64,000 nt of DNA from Andalucia godoyi And28 (Eukaryota; Protista; Jakobida), in NCBI GenBank assembly GCA_009859145.1, contig VRVR01000026.1, positions 262,707-326,706 on the forward strand. Direction: 5' to 3'. Position numbers and translations under genes: made by a program. The notes under the pieces are model-generated. The model did not search any database, was not told where the DNA came from, and saw only the letters and a program-made list of their open reading frames with translations. Shown piece after piece: positions 63,471-64,000 of this stretch. Position 1 is the stretch's first letter. Every line of letters begins with the position of its first letter.

Positions 63471-64000
63471 CCTTGTTCGTGTTGTGCATTTCACAGTTGT
63501 CGGGTTTACTTGTCCCTCGTCGTCGTCGCCGCCGTCATTTCATCTGATCTGATGCACTGGCTTCGCTCCCGAAAACACTCATAATACCCAAATACGATTC
63601 ACATGAATATTCTTTTACTTTCATAAAACAAGCACAAAGCGAAGCCATACATGACATTTCCAAGAGCAAGACACAGCTGGCCATCCGGTTTCTAATTGTG
63701 TGCTAAGAAACCGGGTGGAGTCCGGTTTGAAAAGTGCTCAGCTGGCAAACCGAAATTCCAACCACAAACGACTACAGTCGCTGCTAAGTAAAAAAATCCG
63801 GCAAACGCTTTTGGCAGCTGTAGTGGTTCCAGAAAATTCAGGCAACCGTTTTCGCCCTCCAGACTGGTACTTCCGTTTCTTCTTCAACCATCCAACCGGT
63901 TTTCCTACCGACGATTGTAATTAATTTTCTGTAAAAGAAAGTGTCTTGTCCTGGTTGACGATCGATCGAAAGAAGCTATCAGACCTCTTGAATCCATGCA

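Noticed and set aside
1-64000. tRNA, rRNA, snRNA or CRISPR arrays
   Set aside because: No cloverleaf with T-loop consensus, no rRNA or snRNA signatures and no repeat-spacer arrays were seen by eye. A tRNAscan-SE/Infernal run would be needed to exclude them fully.
1-64000. Naming the host species (a compact-genome heterotrophic protist such as a jakobid is conceivable)
   Set aside because: Cannot be established without a sequence search.

Overview
Gene-dense, intron-poor nuclear DNA from a protist-like eukaryote; the species cannot be identified from the sequence. Introns are short (about 70-170 bp) with GTATGT/GTACGT donors and CTGAC-like branch sites. About 28 housekeeping or signalling genes are present: RBR E3 ligase, RNase Z-long, dolichol kinase, DHHC PAT, TypA/BipA, PAQR, SETD9-like, NEK kinase, TRAPPC6, ELO, SEM1, pyruvate carboxylase, RPLP0, class-3 lipase, GH3 glucosidase and others. 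There is one intact Tc1/mariner-type DD37E transposon (49909-52257; 69-bp perfect TIRs, TA TSD). The main hidden signal, mostly absent from the ORF track, is a set of decayed RNA-guided-nuclease (Fanzor/TnpB) elements in intergenic DNA. (i) An IS607-like family has three copies: 4114-4514 (-), about 8320-9490 (+) and 59031-59649 (+), plus a tentative fourth at about 62.8-63.5 kb. Between them they carry remnants of a serine-recombinase TnpA HTH and a Fanzor2 ORF. All three share a right end with a covarying GCGA-tetraloop hairpin, a candidate omegaRNA scaffold. (ii) A TA-flanked TIR element (40489-41074, partial copies near 35.0 and 53.3 kb) retains a Fanzor1-like C-terminal motif. No tRNA, rRNA or CRISPR array was recognised. 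All family assignments are by-eye motif recognition, not database searches.
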